DNA of 63,011 nt, the filler included, from Choristocarpus tenellus KU-1152 (lineage: Eukaryota; Protista; Phaeophyceae): the NCBI GenBank assembly GCA_964200185.2. It is 15 parts of 15 records of this genome, joined end to end, with 100 filler letters (N's around TTAATTAATTAA, not from the genome) between each part and the next. Parts side by side here need not be neighbours in the genome. Positions count along the whole stretch, not along the records: positions 36,575 to 41,292 come from CAXNAD020013358.1; positions 41,393 to 44,879 come from CAXNAD020019692.1; positions 44,980 to 49,216 come from CAXNAD020015549.1; positions 49,317 to 57,180 come from CAXNAD020005474.1; 11 more parts are not named here. One strand, 5' to 3'. Both the position numbers and the translations under genes were made by a program. Numbering within the stretch: position 1 is the first letter of the stretch; each line of letters starts with the position of its first letter. Positions 38,820-51,293 of the stretch are shown in pieces. The notes beneath the pieces were generated by a model. That model made no database searches and was not told the origin of the DNA. It saw only the letters and a program-made list of their open reading frames with translations.

Positions 38820-41200
38820 TTTGGACTGAGTATCGTCTACAAACTCATGACGACGAGCACACCTCCCACTTCGGCGAGATGACCCTACAGACTGCCGCCT
38901 TCTTCAACGGTTGCATACACGCATTGACAGCCGTGCCACTAGGTAAACGTAGTGGCGGCCATGATAGGAAGGATAAAATCCCTGCTCTCATTCTGCAGGC
39001 TGTGCGAGTAAGTCTATGTATGTGACTACATCTATGATTTCTACAAAGCGTGTGATCGGGTGTTTAGACCGAAGATCAAATTCTGACAGGTGATTCCCGA
39101 CCTCCTCGCCACGTGTAACTCGAAGGCATGGATGAGGACGGAGTGCTGGTGATTACAAACGATCTTGAGTGGACCCTTTTGCGTCTCCAAGAAATACAAT
39201 CTCAGGAGCACGAGGTAGAACGATCATTGGAGCAAGGGATAATTGAGGTCACCCTCGTACCTCTGACCTCAGGGTCACTTGGGCGTCAAGAACCACTCTC
39301 CGGATTCAAGATGAGACGAGCTCCAACATTACAACTAGCAACACGACCAATAATCCACACGGATGTCATCAAGGCTGGGGTGAGTTTATCGGATATATCC
39401 AAGTTCGACTCTCTCAACTTCTGTGCTTTGTGTCTCAAGGTCCATTGCATGGTAAGGTGTTTCTCAGCAGCCAAAAGTTCACCAAAAGGTACGCTGCATA
39501 GTTGCTCAAAACTAATGGTGTAAATTTTCCTTCCAGATGCTCATAATTATGTTGCTGGATGTATGGACAGGAACCATCAGAATGGCAGCGAGCTAATACC
39601 TATATTGGTGCTTTTGTTGCAGCAAGCATTTGGGAGGGAGCAATCACACTCTTGAGATTCGAGTCCTTACTCAGGACTAGGTGTGTTACGGTGTGTGAGC
39701 AGGAGCTACTCCCCCTCATCTCAGACCAGTTATATGATCAGGCCGCTTGTGTTGAGACTCTGGCTGATCTCATTTCAACAACGGGGAGGGGAGACATGAC
39801 AGTACGCCAAGAAAAGTTTAGGAAGGAACCCCAATGTCAGCTTCCGAACTTAAAGAGCCTAGGTTTCGAAAAGATGCCGATTATGATTTTGGACGTTGTG
39901 TTCCTTCGAGAGAAAGGGTCGCTTGGGCTGGACTCAGCTGGTGGCCCACTGTTTGCCATTCTTTTCAGAGAATCCAACCTAAGGCTTGGGTGCCAGACAA
40001 ATACTGTTCCTGTACACCTAAGGGTGATGTGTTGGGACATTAAGCACAATGTGTTGAAGCCACAGTTGTGGTGAGTGAATGAGTGAAGGGGCAAGGCAGA
40101 TGGCAGTCCTAATCTAGGAGTCACTATTCTATAACTGGTGTGCTGTGCTCAATCCGAGTGTTCCTTCCTGTTGCCCACGGTGTTGTGAAAGGCAGTGTAG
40201 TGATAGACACACCAAGAACACAGGACTAAGTTCACAAAACAAGTATCGGATGGTTAGGAGTAATAGTGTCCGATCGAATGGGAAAAACTTGTACCAAATA
40301 TGTTCAAATATTCCCAGTACACGCTGATATCATGTACTCTGGAGTAGAAATGAAGGACAGCTGGAAGGTTAAGAGCTAAAACGTTTGTGTGGCAAAGTGT
40401 GCTGGTCCTATGCTTTGATCTTGGTAACAAATATGGACAATATTAGACTCCTATTTCCCTCAAAACGATATGCACAGGCTGGTACGTAACCTTCATCAAG
40501 ATACCCGTATCACAGCTGCAGAGAGAGGTTGTGTTATTTGTGTCAGTCCAGAGGGCGTGCGCCTGTACAGTGGTGAGGGGGAACTGGCATTTGCTCCATC
40601 ATTCGCCAAAGCAGGTGGTACAGACACTCAGGAAACATGGGGAGCTCTATCCATATCAAACATCAAACCTTTGTTTGTTGGGGAGCTGCCAGAAGATGCA
40701 CCCCAGGATGAAGGAGAAGGAGGTGAGAGAGTGCAGTGAAGGGGACCATTGATTCAAAGTATCTTAGAGGGTAGAGCCGCATCCATTTTGGGGTCCAAGA
40801 TCCAATGTTGCGATTTCGATGTAATTTTGGCAATCGTGTTTGTTAGGAAGTTCCAGTATCCATCTTCGAGGCACATCTTTTCGTAACGTACACATTTTAC
40901 CTACTCAGAAACGTTTCGAAGTAGGAAAATGTCGCAAAAAACTCATGGGAAGCCAAGCCCCACACGGCCAAACAGGGCAAAACTGTTACCCTAACCCTAA
41001 GATAGTTTAACTCGTTATTGTTCTCAGAATGATATAGCCATGCGGTGGGGGCATTGACGAGTGCATAGCCTTATTGTATGGTCTTGATGTGCAGTAGCTG
41101 CAGTCGGCAAACCAATGCAATCTAGGCGGTACATGTTGAGACGGGTGACCTTTCATTTCGCAGTGCAGAAACGTGAAAGGTCCGAAGTACCGAGGTATCC
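38820..41200 (+). pseudogene. Decayed transposase-like gene, possibly KDZ (CxC5/HMGXB3-like)
   Basis: Serial broken ORFs with CALCLKVHC, KMPIMILDVVFL, CCPRCCERQC and KTCTKYV; interrupted by a family A MITE. Confidence 0.3.
40751..41013. mobile_element. MITE family A
   Basis: GATTCAAAGTATCTTAGAGGG...; right TIR altered to TACCCTAACCCTAAGATAGTTTAACTC. Confidence 0.9.
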
Positions 41201-41392
41201 ATGACAGAATGAAACTGTAATCTGTTCATATGAACCCAAAGTATCTGGGGGGGGGGGGGGGGTCAACAAGGGAGGGAAGAAGGGGGGGGGGGNNNNNNNN
41301 NNNNNNNNNNNNNNNNNNNNNNNNNNNNNNNNNNNNTTAATTAATTAANNNNNNNNNNNNNNNNNNNNNNNNNNNNNNNNNNNNNNNNNNNN

Positions 41393-42360
41393 GTTGGGCT
41401 ACAAGGGCTCTGAAGCCCAAAGAAGGTCGAAAGGGCTCGCAAGGTGGAGGAGGAAGCAATCCTAACAAAGGCAGCTGTGGAGACTTTTCAATACCACCAA
41501 ATCCTCTACTTAGAAGGGGTCGCGAAGCAGGTGGAGGTAGCCATCGATGAGGACACCAAGTAAGAAAAGGAGGTGAGATTGAGACTATTTGCACACCGAT
41601 GGTTTGGTGTCTCCCACTTCTTACAGGATGCCATACATTCAATTTTGTTCCTGGACTTAGGGTTGAATATATAAAATTGATTAAGGCTTTCTCACCACCT
41701 GCATTCATTCGAGAAATCAACACAATTTTCGACCAACTCAAGGCTGTCCTCCCTCACCCTTGCGCCTTGATAAAATATCACCTGCCCAGGAAACACGGAT
41801 GGCGGCCATTTCCGAAGCTCAACGAGGAAATGCGATAGTAAAGGCTCTAACAGTGTGAATCATGTACCTGTGTATGAATGATAGGAAAGACTGTCAAACA
41901 GCGCTCGAGATGGCAGCAGGATATCCAATGGTCAGATCGGAAACTGTGAGTGAATGGGAGAGACACTTCCTAACTAAGGGCCGCATCAAGGTGTTGGAGC
42001 AAGGGCACTGTGAGAGGTGTTTCGTTCTGGACGTTGATGAGGACATCCATGGCGAGGTCAAAGAGCGGGTGCGCGAACACACAGGAAGAAAGGGGGGAAG
42101 CTTTTCCCCCTCCTAAACCTTACACTTCAATCAAGTAATAGTGCATCTGTTGCCACTGTTGGCGACCTACAATCCAGGGTTCGAACCCCAATATGAGCGC
42201 TCTTTCTTCAATAAAAGAAAAATGGCGAAAAAAATGAAGCCCGTACTCTGGAGGACCTTGTGTCGGGCATCATGAATATGCTCTTATTTTTTTTAATTCG
42301 ATGTCTACATCAAACGTTAGGACTGGACAACCCCAGAAGCTGAAGCTACTGGTACCGCTA
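41393..42360 (+). mobile_element. Second copy (partial) of the 26241-28520 TIR element
   Basis: Colinear reverse-complement homology to ~27540-26241; ends AGCTACTGGTACCGCTA|TA. Confidence 0.88.
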
Positions 42361-42699
42361 TAGATCCAACCTCTCTTCGAATGTACTGGATGTGACAGGA
42401 GCTGTATTGGGATGTTTTGTAATACGTGGACCAAGATTGCTCCTAACATCATCACCCGTAATAATCTTGACAAGAAAATTCAACCATTATTTCTCTACAT
42501 AATAAGAGAGACCAAAACAATACTGCATGCCAAGGTTTTCAAGAAAACAAAATTGCCCCAAGGTTGCTCTCGCATAGATAGGAGATGACCACCTTACCGT
42601 CGTAGAAATTCGAAATTTTGGATGCAATATTCAGGAGAAACAAAATATCAAATAGGTGGCATGGCCATGATGTGGCCGCCCTAATTGTCATAAAAATGT

Positions 42700-43442
42700 T
42701 ACCTTACTAACCACAGATAATTGTAATACCATGGCTGAGTCCATGACCATCGCCACTTAACATGACTAACCCGCTGGCCGGCCGGTGTATAACCAAGTTT
42801 GAACATGACGGAATCCATGTACATTTACCGTTTCAAAATGGCTGGGCCACAGAATTGACCGCGACCATATGGCGGACAGTGGATATCCTAACTGCCTGCC
42901 CGATGAAAAGCCCTGGTTAAAATGAGGACCTCTCTGTCATAGTAGTATTGATTGCTGTACTGAGTTTTAGGAATTATTTTTCAACTTAAAGACACCACAT
43001 ATATATAGGTCAATATTCGATATTGTAGGTTAGGGTTAGGGATTACCTTTCTGGCCATGGATAAATGGTAATAACATGGCTTAGTTCATGGCCATCACTA
43101 CTTAACATGACTGGGGCGTCTGGCCAGCAATGTACAACCAAGTTCGAACATCGCCGAGTCCATGGCCATCTCTCACTCAACATGACCACGGTCCCCACCA
43201 GTCGTGTATAACCAAGTTCGAACATGACAAAATTCATGGCCATTTACGGTTTCAAAATGGCCGGGCCACGGACCTGCCCGCGGCCATATGACCGACAGTG
43301 GACATGCTAACTGCTTGGTTCTATGAAAAGTCCTGTTTAAAATGAGGACCTGTCCGTCATAATAGTATTGATTGGTGCATTGAGTTTTAGGAATTATTTT
43401 CAACTTTTCAAGACATATTCCTCAATATTCAATATTGTAGGT
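42700..43442. repeat. Diverged tandem duplication (~340-400-bp units)
   Basis: GTGTATAACCAAGTTYGAACATGAC...TGAGTTTTAGGAATTATTTT...TATTGTAGGTT occurs twice; unit 2 has an internal sub-duplication. Confidence 0.8.
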
Positions 43443-43749
43443 TGAGAACATAACAGACAAGGACAGAGGTGTAACAGATATACTTACGAGGCGTGCAGAC
43501 GATGAGGGTACAGCTATTGGATTGAACCGCCACAGGCATCGATACACACCTTAGGATGGAAGGATGTTACCGATTCCATTCTTGAGAGTGCGTTATGGGT
43601 AGGGAAATCTGTGTGGGGATAGTTGTACCAGGTCTCATCATTTACCCTTACCCTCACTTCCAATCCGGTCGATGCTGTGATGCAGTTCTTTTTTCAGTTT
43701 TCAGACCGTTCCCCTGACCGTTCCCCTGACCGTTCCCCTACCCCCTTCC

Positions 43750-44879
43750 TAGACAACTGCAAAAACCTTTCAAAGGTACTTGGGTGATAGTGAAGATGAC
43801 GACGACGATGACGACGAGGACTCCACCTGGTCAACCAGCAACAGTTCTGTCTCGAATATAGACACATCTTTCTCTGATTCTACTCGCCATCCTCATGACT
43901 TACGCCAGTCCGAGTATAGTGTGGAAGATTCTTCCCATGGGACGGGGGTCTCCTCTTTAGTATCATATGACACCAGCTCGTCGGAAGAGTCTACCAGGTC
44001 GTCTGACAGCGACGAATCTCGGAGCGCAAATGAGAACGAGTCGTCTGAGGACTTTACTCTGAGCTTAGGAGATAATGACGACGGTAGGGTCATAGCAGAC
44101 AGTGTCAGACTACTTATTCCCAGAGATACTGTAGAAATTCCGAGCTACACTCGATCCGACTGAACTGTGCAGCTTCATCCGCAGCATTGATTAGACGAAA
44201 TATTGGTGTCACCTGTTCCTGTTACTACTGCATACCGTAGTACTATCTACCAGATAGTTGTGGTGGTTCCTGCAGATTTCAGCTTCGTAAAGTAAGTGCT
44301 ACCGTGTTCTAACCTTCCATTCTATTTCGCTGGTTTATCTTTATTCTCCTAGGCAGTGGTGGACCCTCAGACAGGAAAGTCAATTTTCAGCCAAGTGGAG
44401 CGCGAGGTGAAGCAGCCTCTCAAAATTGATAGAAATAAACTCCCACCAATTCCTGGTATCATTGTCATCCCAGAGGAAGTACAAAACGGTGATCCGATCC
44501 AAAGTGCTCATTCGCCGCTGAGAAACAGTCAAGTGTTTCAGAAGACAGTTGAGAGTTTGAAGACCAAACGACGAGCAGCGTACATCACTGCAAGGGTGGG
44601 GAATCTTCTTTTGACAAAGGGGCTTGTGGATCCAACCAAAAAAAAAATCACAAGGAAGTTGAACAAATTCCAGACCTATCGATCAAAGAACAAGACGAAT
44701 CGTAGATACAAGACATTAATTTGGTTTGAGCACCGTGAGAAAGAAGCTCAGGAAAAAAATGAAATGTGAGCGATGTAGCATTCACAATGTTAAACAAGCT
44801 GTTCATGTCGACTTTATTGCTTGCCCCTGCTTGTTTGCTGTGGTCAAGGCATGTGGAGGGATGGTACATAAGGGTGGAT
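43750..44879 (+). pseudogene. Acidic/Ser-rich and basic ORF fragments, possible N-terminal part of a Sola-like transposase
   Basis: ORFs 43780-44163 and 44356-44769; LIWFEHREKE...KQAVHVDF loosely resembles the pre-catalytic region; frameshifted. Confidence 0.25.
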
Positions 44880-46044
44880 NNNNNNNNNNNNNNNNNNNNN
44901 NNNNNNNNNNNNNNNNNNNNNNNTTAATTAATTAANNNNNNNNNNNNNNNNNNNNNNNNNNNNNNNNNNNNNNNNNNNNGGGGGGGGGCAGGGAATTACA
45001 CACAAAAAGCATGGAACTGTGAAACCTCATTTTAAAAAAGAAACCTCTGCAATGTTGAAGTAACAATCACTATCACCGTGATCACTACAATGATGATTAT
45101 CCCTAACACTATCAAGCATGTCAGTAGTTCACAACAATCCAACATTTATACTGGACAAATCGAATCGAGCTAGTCTAAGCCCATGACACTTAAGGCGACC
45201 GTCCATACCTACGTTACAGTTAACATCAAATCAGTCCACATTTTTCCACAACACCATGTCCAAAACAGAAACTAAGCAAGACCCTTTAATGTCCTTGTGG
45301 GTGTGTCATACCACCATGGGGTTCTCCCAACAAACTACGTACAACAGCTCATCCTGCTTATCCCCTCCTACAACTTACAAACGGGTACACCATTTGAACA
45401 TAAAAATAAGCATATCAAAGGCACAAGTTAAACATAAAAAAATTGCACAAGGAGTCAATAGCACAAATAAAAGACAAATATAGCCAATGTTTGACGCACA
45501 GCGGTGGTTAGACCACCACTAAGTAAACCATATTAACCATTCTAGAAGATTTTAAAAAGATTTTCTTCAACGCATTTCGACACTCCTCTTTGAATTTCAA
45601 AAAGAGAAAAGTTGAACAACCCTAAACCTTCAAAATACAAAAATCAATACCGATAAAAGAGACTCAGACTCCTCTCGATTCCTTTCACCAACACAACTCT
45701 AACGCTACGTTATATTACGATATGACCGGTTACGTCGCAACAAAGATAAAACTTCAACTTGGAAGCTACAATACAATACATTTACATGTACCCAAGCTAC
45801 AATACAATACATTACATGTACCCATTAAGATACCCCTTGCCTCACCCCCACAATCAAGCATCAACACCCCGACCCTACCCCTTTCGACACACAGTCGTTA
45901 ATGACACACCATCAAACGTTAGAAAGATGGAAAGTTCTTGGAAAGTTCTTGGCATCAAAATGAACAGGGTCAACAGTAACCAATCAATAGAATGACAGAT
46001 AAGTTCCCACCTCTGCAGTCCTGGGATTGTTTCGAAAAAACACA

Positions 46045-46118
46045 TACTCTAGCCGGGTCTCGAACCCGGGACCTTGTGCGTGTAAGGCACACGTTATAAC
46101 CTACTAAACCACCAGAGC
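46045..46118 (-). tRNA. tRNA-Val (anticodon TAC)
   Basis: GCTCTGG/CTAGAGT acceptor stem, TGTGC-CTTACAC-GCACA anticodon arm, CCGGG-TTCGAGA-CCCGG T arm, downstream T6 Pol III terminator. Confidence 0.93.
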
Positions 46119-48302
46119 ACAATTTAATAAGGAACACAGTCGACGTTAACCATTCTAACTCACAACTCTCTACTGGGTCTTCTCAAAAAAATTAAAGAAC
46201 ATGCAAGGTTTTGTCCTCTTCGATTCAACTAACAGCTATATTTGACCTCTTGCAAAAAAGCAAAATGAATTTTTTTTCACTATTATTTCACGCCATGTAC
46301 TAGTCTGGAACATTCTACTCCACCGCCTGTAGTTCAACACCAACGTTAAAAAAAAAACCCAATTAAAACCAACATCCAGCAAGGAAGGACAAGAAGAAAA
46401 AGAATTAAGAAAAAACCGAAGAGAACATCAAAAGGAGATAAATAAAAATACAAAAATAAAGCTCAAAAGTCAAACTCACGGACTGGTAACCCAACCAACA
46501 AAAAACATAAAGAAGGCAACCTCGCCCCGCTCACCCCATGAGCCACTTAGCTATATCCGCATGATTGTGCAAAACTGCCACACCGAGGGGAGTCAAAGAC
46601 CTGGCCCTCTTCTGAAGACCTCGGACACGCCATGACTTAACCGCACCCAAATAATCAGGCCTGATCAGTCTGATCATACGCATCTGGGTGGGTGGAGGAA
46701 AACACACAGGAGATGAAGAGATAGATAGATCAAGGGTATGCCGTGAGGAGCGTTAACAAGGATGGGGTGGGGTGGGGGGGGGGAGGGAGAGGGACAGTCT
46801 TAGGACTGGGTGCACGGAAAAGCATCCACGGCCTAATTGTACTCTCACACATGTTTTTTTCATATTTGTCCTTTTAGTTCGTCGGTTACACACTAGTGTA
46901 TGACCTAGTGTATGACCTAGTGTATGACTAGCCCAGCATAGTATAGTGGTGTGCAAATTTACTACATTATTTTCAGTGGTGGAAAGCGCTGCTTTAGCCA
47001 AAGATAAAAAATAGATAACCCTCACTCCCTTTCTTGAGACTTTCCTCTGTCTATAAATATATACTCAACAACAAAGACGGGCGAGAACCATTCAAAGCAC
47101 AGACCTTTTAAAAAATAAGTATCAATTCGAGATTCTAACTGTGATACCCCCTCTCTGTATGCATCCAAACATACTACAAAAACCTGGCGTTAGCTAACCA
47201 CCTTGAGGGATGTGAAACTTCAGTGCACCGTACATCATTCATCATTCATCATTCATCACACACATGGATAAGAGTAAAATAAAAACGTAGGAAATAGCAT
47301 GGATCACCACATGTGTTCTCAACACTTAGGACCACCACATGGAGCCAGCCAGCCACCTGGTCTGATCCCACCCTGAAAAATCTTTATGACAAATCTTAAT
47401 GACAAATCTTAATGATAAATCTTAATGGCATAAAACAACACGACTTGTGTAAACAGAAGACAAGGCAACAACCAGAGAGAGCTTTACCATATCTACCACC
47501 AGGGGTGCACACATCGTCAAGGAAAAAGCCTTAGCAAGGTATGTCGCCCTTGGTGAGGGCGAACATTTGCATCTAAGACCATTTGTTCCAGTCAAACTTT
47601 TACAGTAGATATAATATCTAGAATCATTAGCGAGTTGTGTGCCTGCCTGCCCGTGCAGGTTTGCACCTCTTCGCAGGCGGCAGTGTACCAACAATCCCAG
47701 GTTTTGTATTTCAAGTACTTTTACTAGTACACTATACTACTACTACTTCTACTACTGGTGCTGCTGGTTCTGGTGCTACTACTAACCCTACTAAAACTAC
47801 TAGTACTACCACTACATAGTACTACTAATACTACTAATACTAATACTACTACTACTACTACTACCAAGTGCTTACTGGCAGCACTGTTGATGGTGTGACA
47901 TGAATGAAAAATGTATGCAAAAAAGAAAAAAACATCACAGAGTACGTCAAAGCACAACACAGGTCATACACCAAATGCATCCTCTCACTAAAAGCACACC
48001 TCCAACTCAAACAACACAACAACACTCGTACACAAACACACACACTTCGCACTTCACACCTCTTACCTGCATCAGTGAGCAGTGATGTCACATTTTTTAC
48101 ACCACCTTACAGGCACACCGTAAGTAACTATTTATTTTTTTACACACAAACCGGTAAAAGGGATAACAACAAAAAACGATAAATGGGATAACAACAAAAA
48201 AACGCAGGAGCTCTCAAACAAACTCCACACTAAAAATAAAAACGATACGAGGCTCTACTGCACACTAAGTATGCTGTACGTCTAAGTCAAACATGTACTA
48301 AC

Positions 48303-49089
48303 CTCCTCAAATGCTCTCAGCCAGTCTGCTCGACTGAATTTGAAGTTTGTTCTCTCAGAGATCCATTTCACCACCCCCAGCGACCCATGAAGCACCGCCC
48401 AGTGCAGGGGCTGCGATCCAAACTCATCCTTCTCAGTCAAGGATAGTCCGTGCTCATCCACAAGGTACCTGAACAAATCCCCCACCCCCCCCCACCCCCG
48501 CCCGGCGCCACCACCCCAACCCCCAATCCCAACACACACACACACACACACACACATGGAAGGCGTTAGAGGGTATCCAATAGGTTAGAAGGCATTACAG
48601 CTGTTACAAGGTATAAGAGGATACGATACTGTACGGAGCGAGAATAAAATAACATAACATAACATAACACAACATAACATAAAATTATCACACCCTCCTC
48701 TTCCGCTTGACTCTTCCGACCTTTATTAGGTACACAAACAAAACAAAAAAACGTATTTAATGCATAGCGCACAGAATTGTAGGCATGGAGGTATGTAGGT
48801 ACGCCAGTAATATCGTGCTATCATGCACTCCCCCAGCAATGCATTCAAAGCAGACCCTAAGGCCTTAGCTTTATATACACACTCACTCTAGCATAGGGAT
48901 AACTTCCTTCTCCTTTCCTGACACCACCATGAAGAGCACAGACTGCCCAAAGTTGTTCTTCAAGTTGATGTTTGCCCCTCTCGACTGAAGGTAGCGGAGC
49001 ATCACCCCAGAGTCGCTCTTCTCAGAAAAGAGAACCGAGAACCACACCAAGGGCATCCCTATCGTGTTGGTCAGGTTCACATCCATTCC
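48303..49089 (-). CDS. Ankyrin-repeat protein, two internal exons
   Basis: Exon 49089-48887 GMDVNLTNTIGMPL...YLQSRGANINLKNNFGQSVLF; exon 48468-48303 YLVDEHG...KDEFGSQPLHWAVLHGSLGVVKWI; phases are compatible. Confidence 0.85.
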
Positions 49090-49317
49090 CTTCAAATGTT
49101 TTTTTTTTTCCAGAAATGAGAAAAAGAAAATAAAGGTTTTTGAGGCAGAGGGGACGGGGGAAGGAAGACCAAAAAAAAAATAGAAAACACGGTCAGCCAC
49201 TTTTGACATAATGTCANNNNNNNNNNNNNNNNNNNNNNNNNNNNNNNNNNNNNNNNNNNNTTAATTAATTAANNNNNNNNNNNNNNNNNNNNNNNNNNNN
49301 NNNNNNNNNNNNNNNNA

Positions 49318-49577
49318 GAGCCAAAGTATCTTAGAGGGTAGAGCTGCGTCCATCTGGGGGTCAAAATCCAATGTTGCGATTTGGATGTAATTTGGGGTAT
49401 TGTGTTTGTTATTAAGTTTCAATATCCTTGTTTTGGACACACCATTTCATAACCCATACATTTTATACCTACTCCGAAACATTTTTGAGTAGTAAAATTT
49501 CACAAGAAAAACATGGGAAGCCAAGCCCAAAATGGACAAACAGGGGAAAACTCGTACCTTCTAAGATACTTTCACTC
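49318..49577. mobile_element. MITE family A
   Basis: Both TIRs present; near-identical to 51034-51293. Confidence 0.93.
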
Positions 49578-50198
49578 AGAGAGTTTGATCCCGAACACGC
49601 TTTCATGATGCGGGTCTACATGGAGTTCAACCAAGCAGAAGAGAGGTTAATTGCCAACGGTGGGTGATGGAGTGTTGTCGTTGTTCCATGATCGCCTGAT
49701 GACTCTTCTGATCTACCAAGTTGTTGCCATGTTTCCTTTGTTTGGTTCATCGTCAGTCAGCCCGTTAATCTTTTCGTTGTTGATCTCTTTTATCCCTCGT
49801 GATCTTTCTGTCAGCAGCAACATGTTGCTCACTAATGCCTGCCGTGTGTGTCCCGCGACCGCTTCCCACCTACCCCTTACCCCATTCACCCACTGCACTG
49901 CCACGCTTATAGCATTCAACAAAATCATGTACACGATGATCAAACGAAATCATTGCCGCCCCCCACACACAGTCCTACTGGCACCTTCGGGATGGATTCC
50001 CATTCGTAGCGGGGCCCTTCAAAAGTGCCGTAAACATTTACAAACAAAAACATATGGGCACTCTCCGCGTACCATTTTGGGTCAAACTCATCCTCCATAA
50101 AATGCTCCATCCTCAATTTTGGTGATCAGCTGTTTTAGGTTGCGCAGCTGGACTTCCTTCTCAATATTGCGAGGATATCAATGGTCACTGTGCCCTAG

Positions 50199-50448
50199 GA
50201 GTAAAAGTATCTTAGAGGGTAGAGTCGCGTCCATTTGGGGACCAAAATCCAATGTTGCAATTTTGGTGGTATCGTGTTTGTTCGGAGATGTTAATATCCT
50301 TTTTCTGGACATTCCTTTTCATAACTTACACATTTTTCCTACTCCGGAACATTTTGGAGTACATAAAGTGTCGTTAAGAACCCTTGAGAATCCAAGCCCC
50401 AAATGGACAAACAGGGTAAAACTCGTACCCTCTAAGATACTTTCCCTC
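50199..50448. mobile_element. MITE family A, complete, 4-bp TSD CTAG
   Basis: CTAG|GAGTAAAAGTATC ... GATACTTTCCCTC|CTAG. Confidence 0.95.
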
Positions 50449-51033
50449 CTAGCTCTAATCGGATTATGGTATCAATGGCTCACTGCGTGTTTTTTGAATT
50501 GCATATGCAGGTCACTGTCCTCCCTGTGACTTGGACATTGTCACGGGCAGCGCTCGGTACTTAGGTTAGGTTAGGTTGTATGGTATGGTATCAACACAAG
50601 TTTTCATGTTGGAAATATGTCATTTTAGAATTCCCGACCTACCCCAACTATACAGCCACCCTGATGCCTGCCTTCACAGGATGAGGCCGTGTCTTTGTGG
50701 TGAGCTAGGTTGTGTGCCCCAAGGTATACTGCTCACTGGGTTAATTGTACAATTGTCTATACTGGGTATGTTTTTTAGGACCTGTGTCAAATCTGCTTCA
50801 AGACTTTCTCAACAAGAGCAACGTCTTCTTTTGGGGCAGTAGGGGGAGAGGAGTATACGCTTTCTGCTGTAAAACAAACTCCGGGAGTTGTAGTCGAATC
50901 TTTTTTCTTTTCTTTTTTTCCGGGAGTTGTAGTCGAACTATTCCCACATCATCAGCCTCGCAATTTCCGAATCTGAGGAATACAAGGTTACGTCTATTCA
51001 TTGGCTCAGTTGCTCGAGATTTCTGTATGTGGA

Positions 51034-51293
51034 GAGCCAAAGTATCTTAGAGGGTAGAGCTGCGTCCATCTGGGGGTCAAAATCCAATGTTGCGATTTGG
51101 ATGTAATTTGGGGTATTGTGTTTGTTATTAAGTTTCAATATCCTTGTTTTGGACACACCATTTCATAACCCATACATTTTATACCTACTCCGAAACATTT
51201 TTGAGTAGTAAAATTTCACAAGAAAAACATGGGAAGCCAAGCCCAAAATGGACAAACAGGGGAAAACTCGTACCCTCTAATATACTTTCACTC
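51034..51293. mobile_element. MITE family A, complete, 4-bp TSD TGGA
   Basis: TGGA|GAGCCAAAGTATC ... TATACTTTCACTC|TGGA. Confidence 0.95.

Noticed and set aside
43704-47427. Short tandem repeats (12-bp x3 at 43704 and ~46892; 13-bp x4 at ~47380; 30-bp x2 at ~45763)
   Set aside because: Ordinary slippage duplications with no further structure
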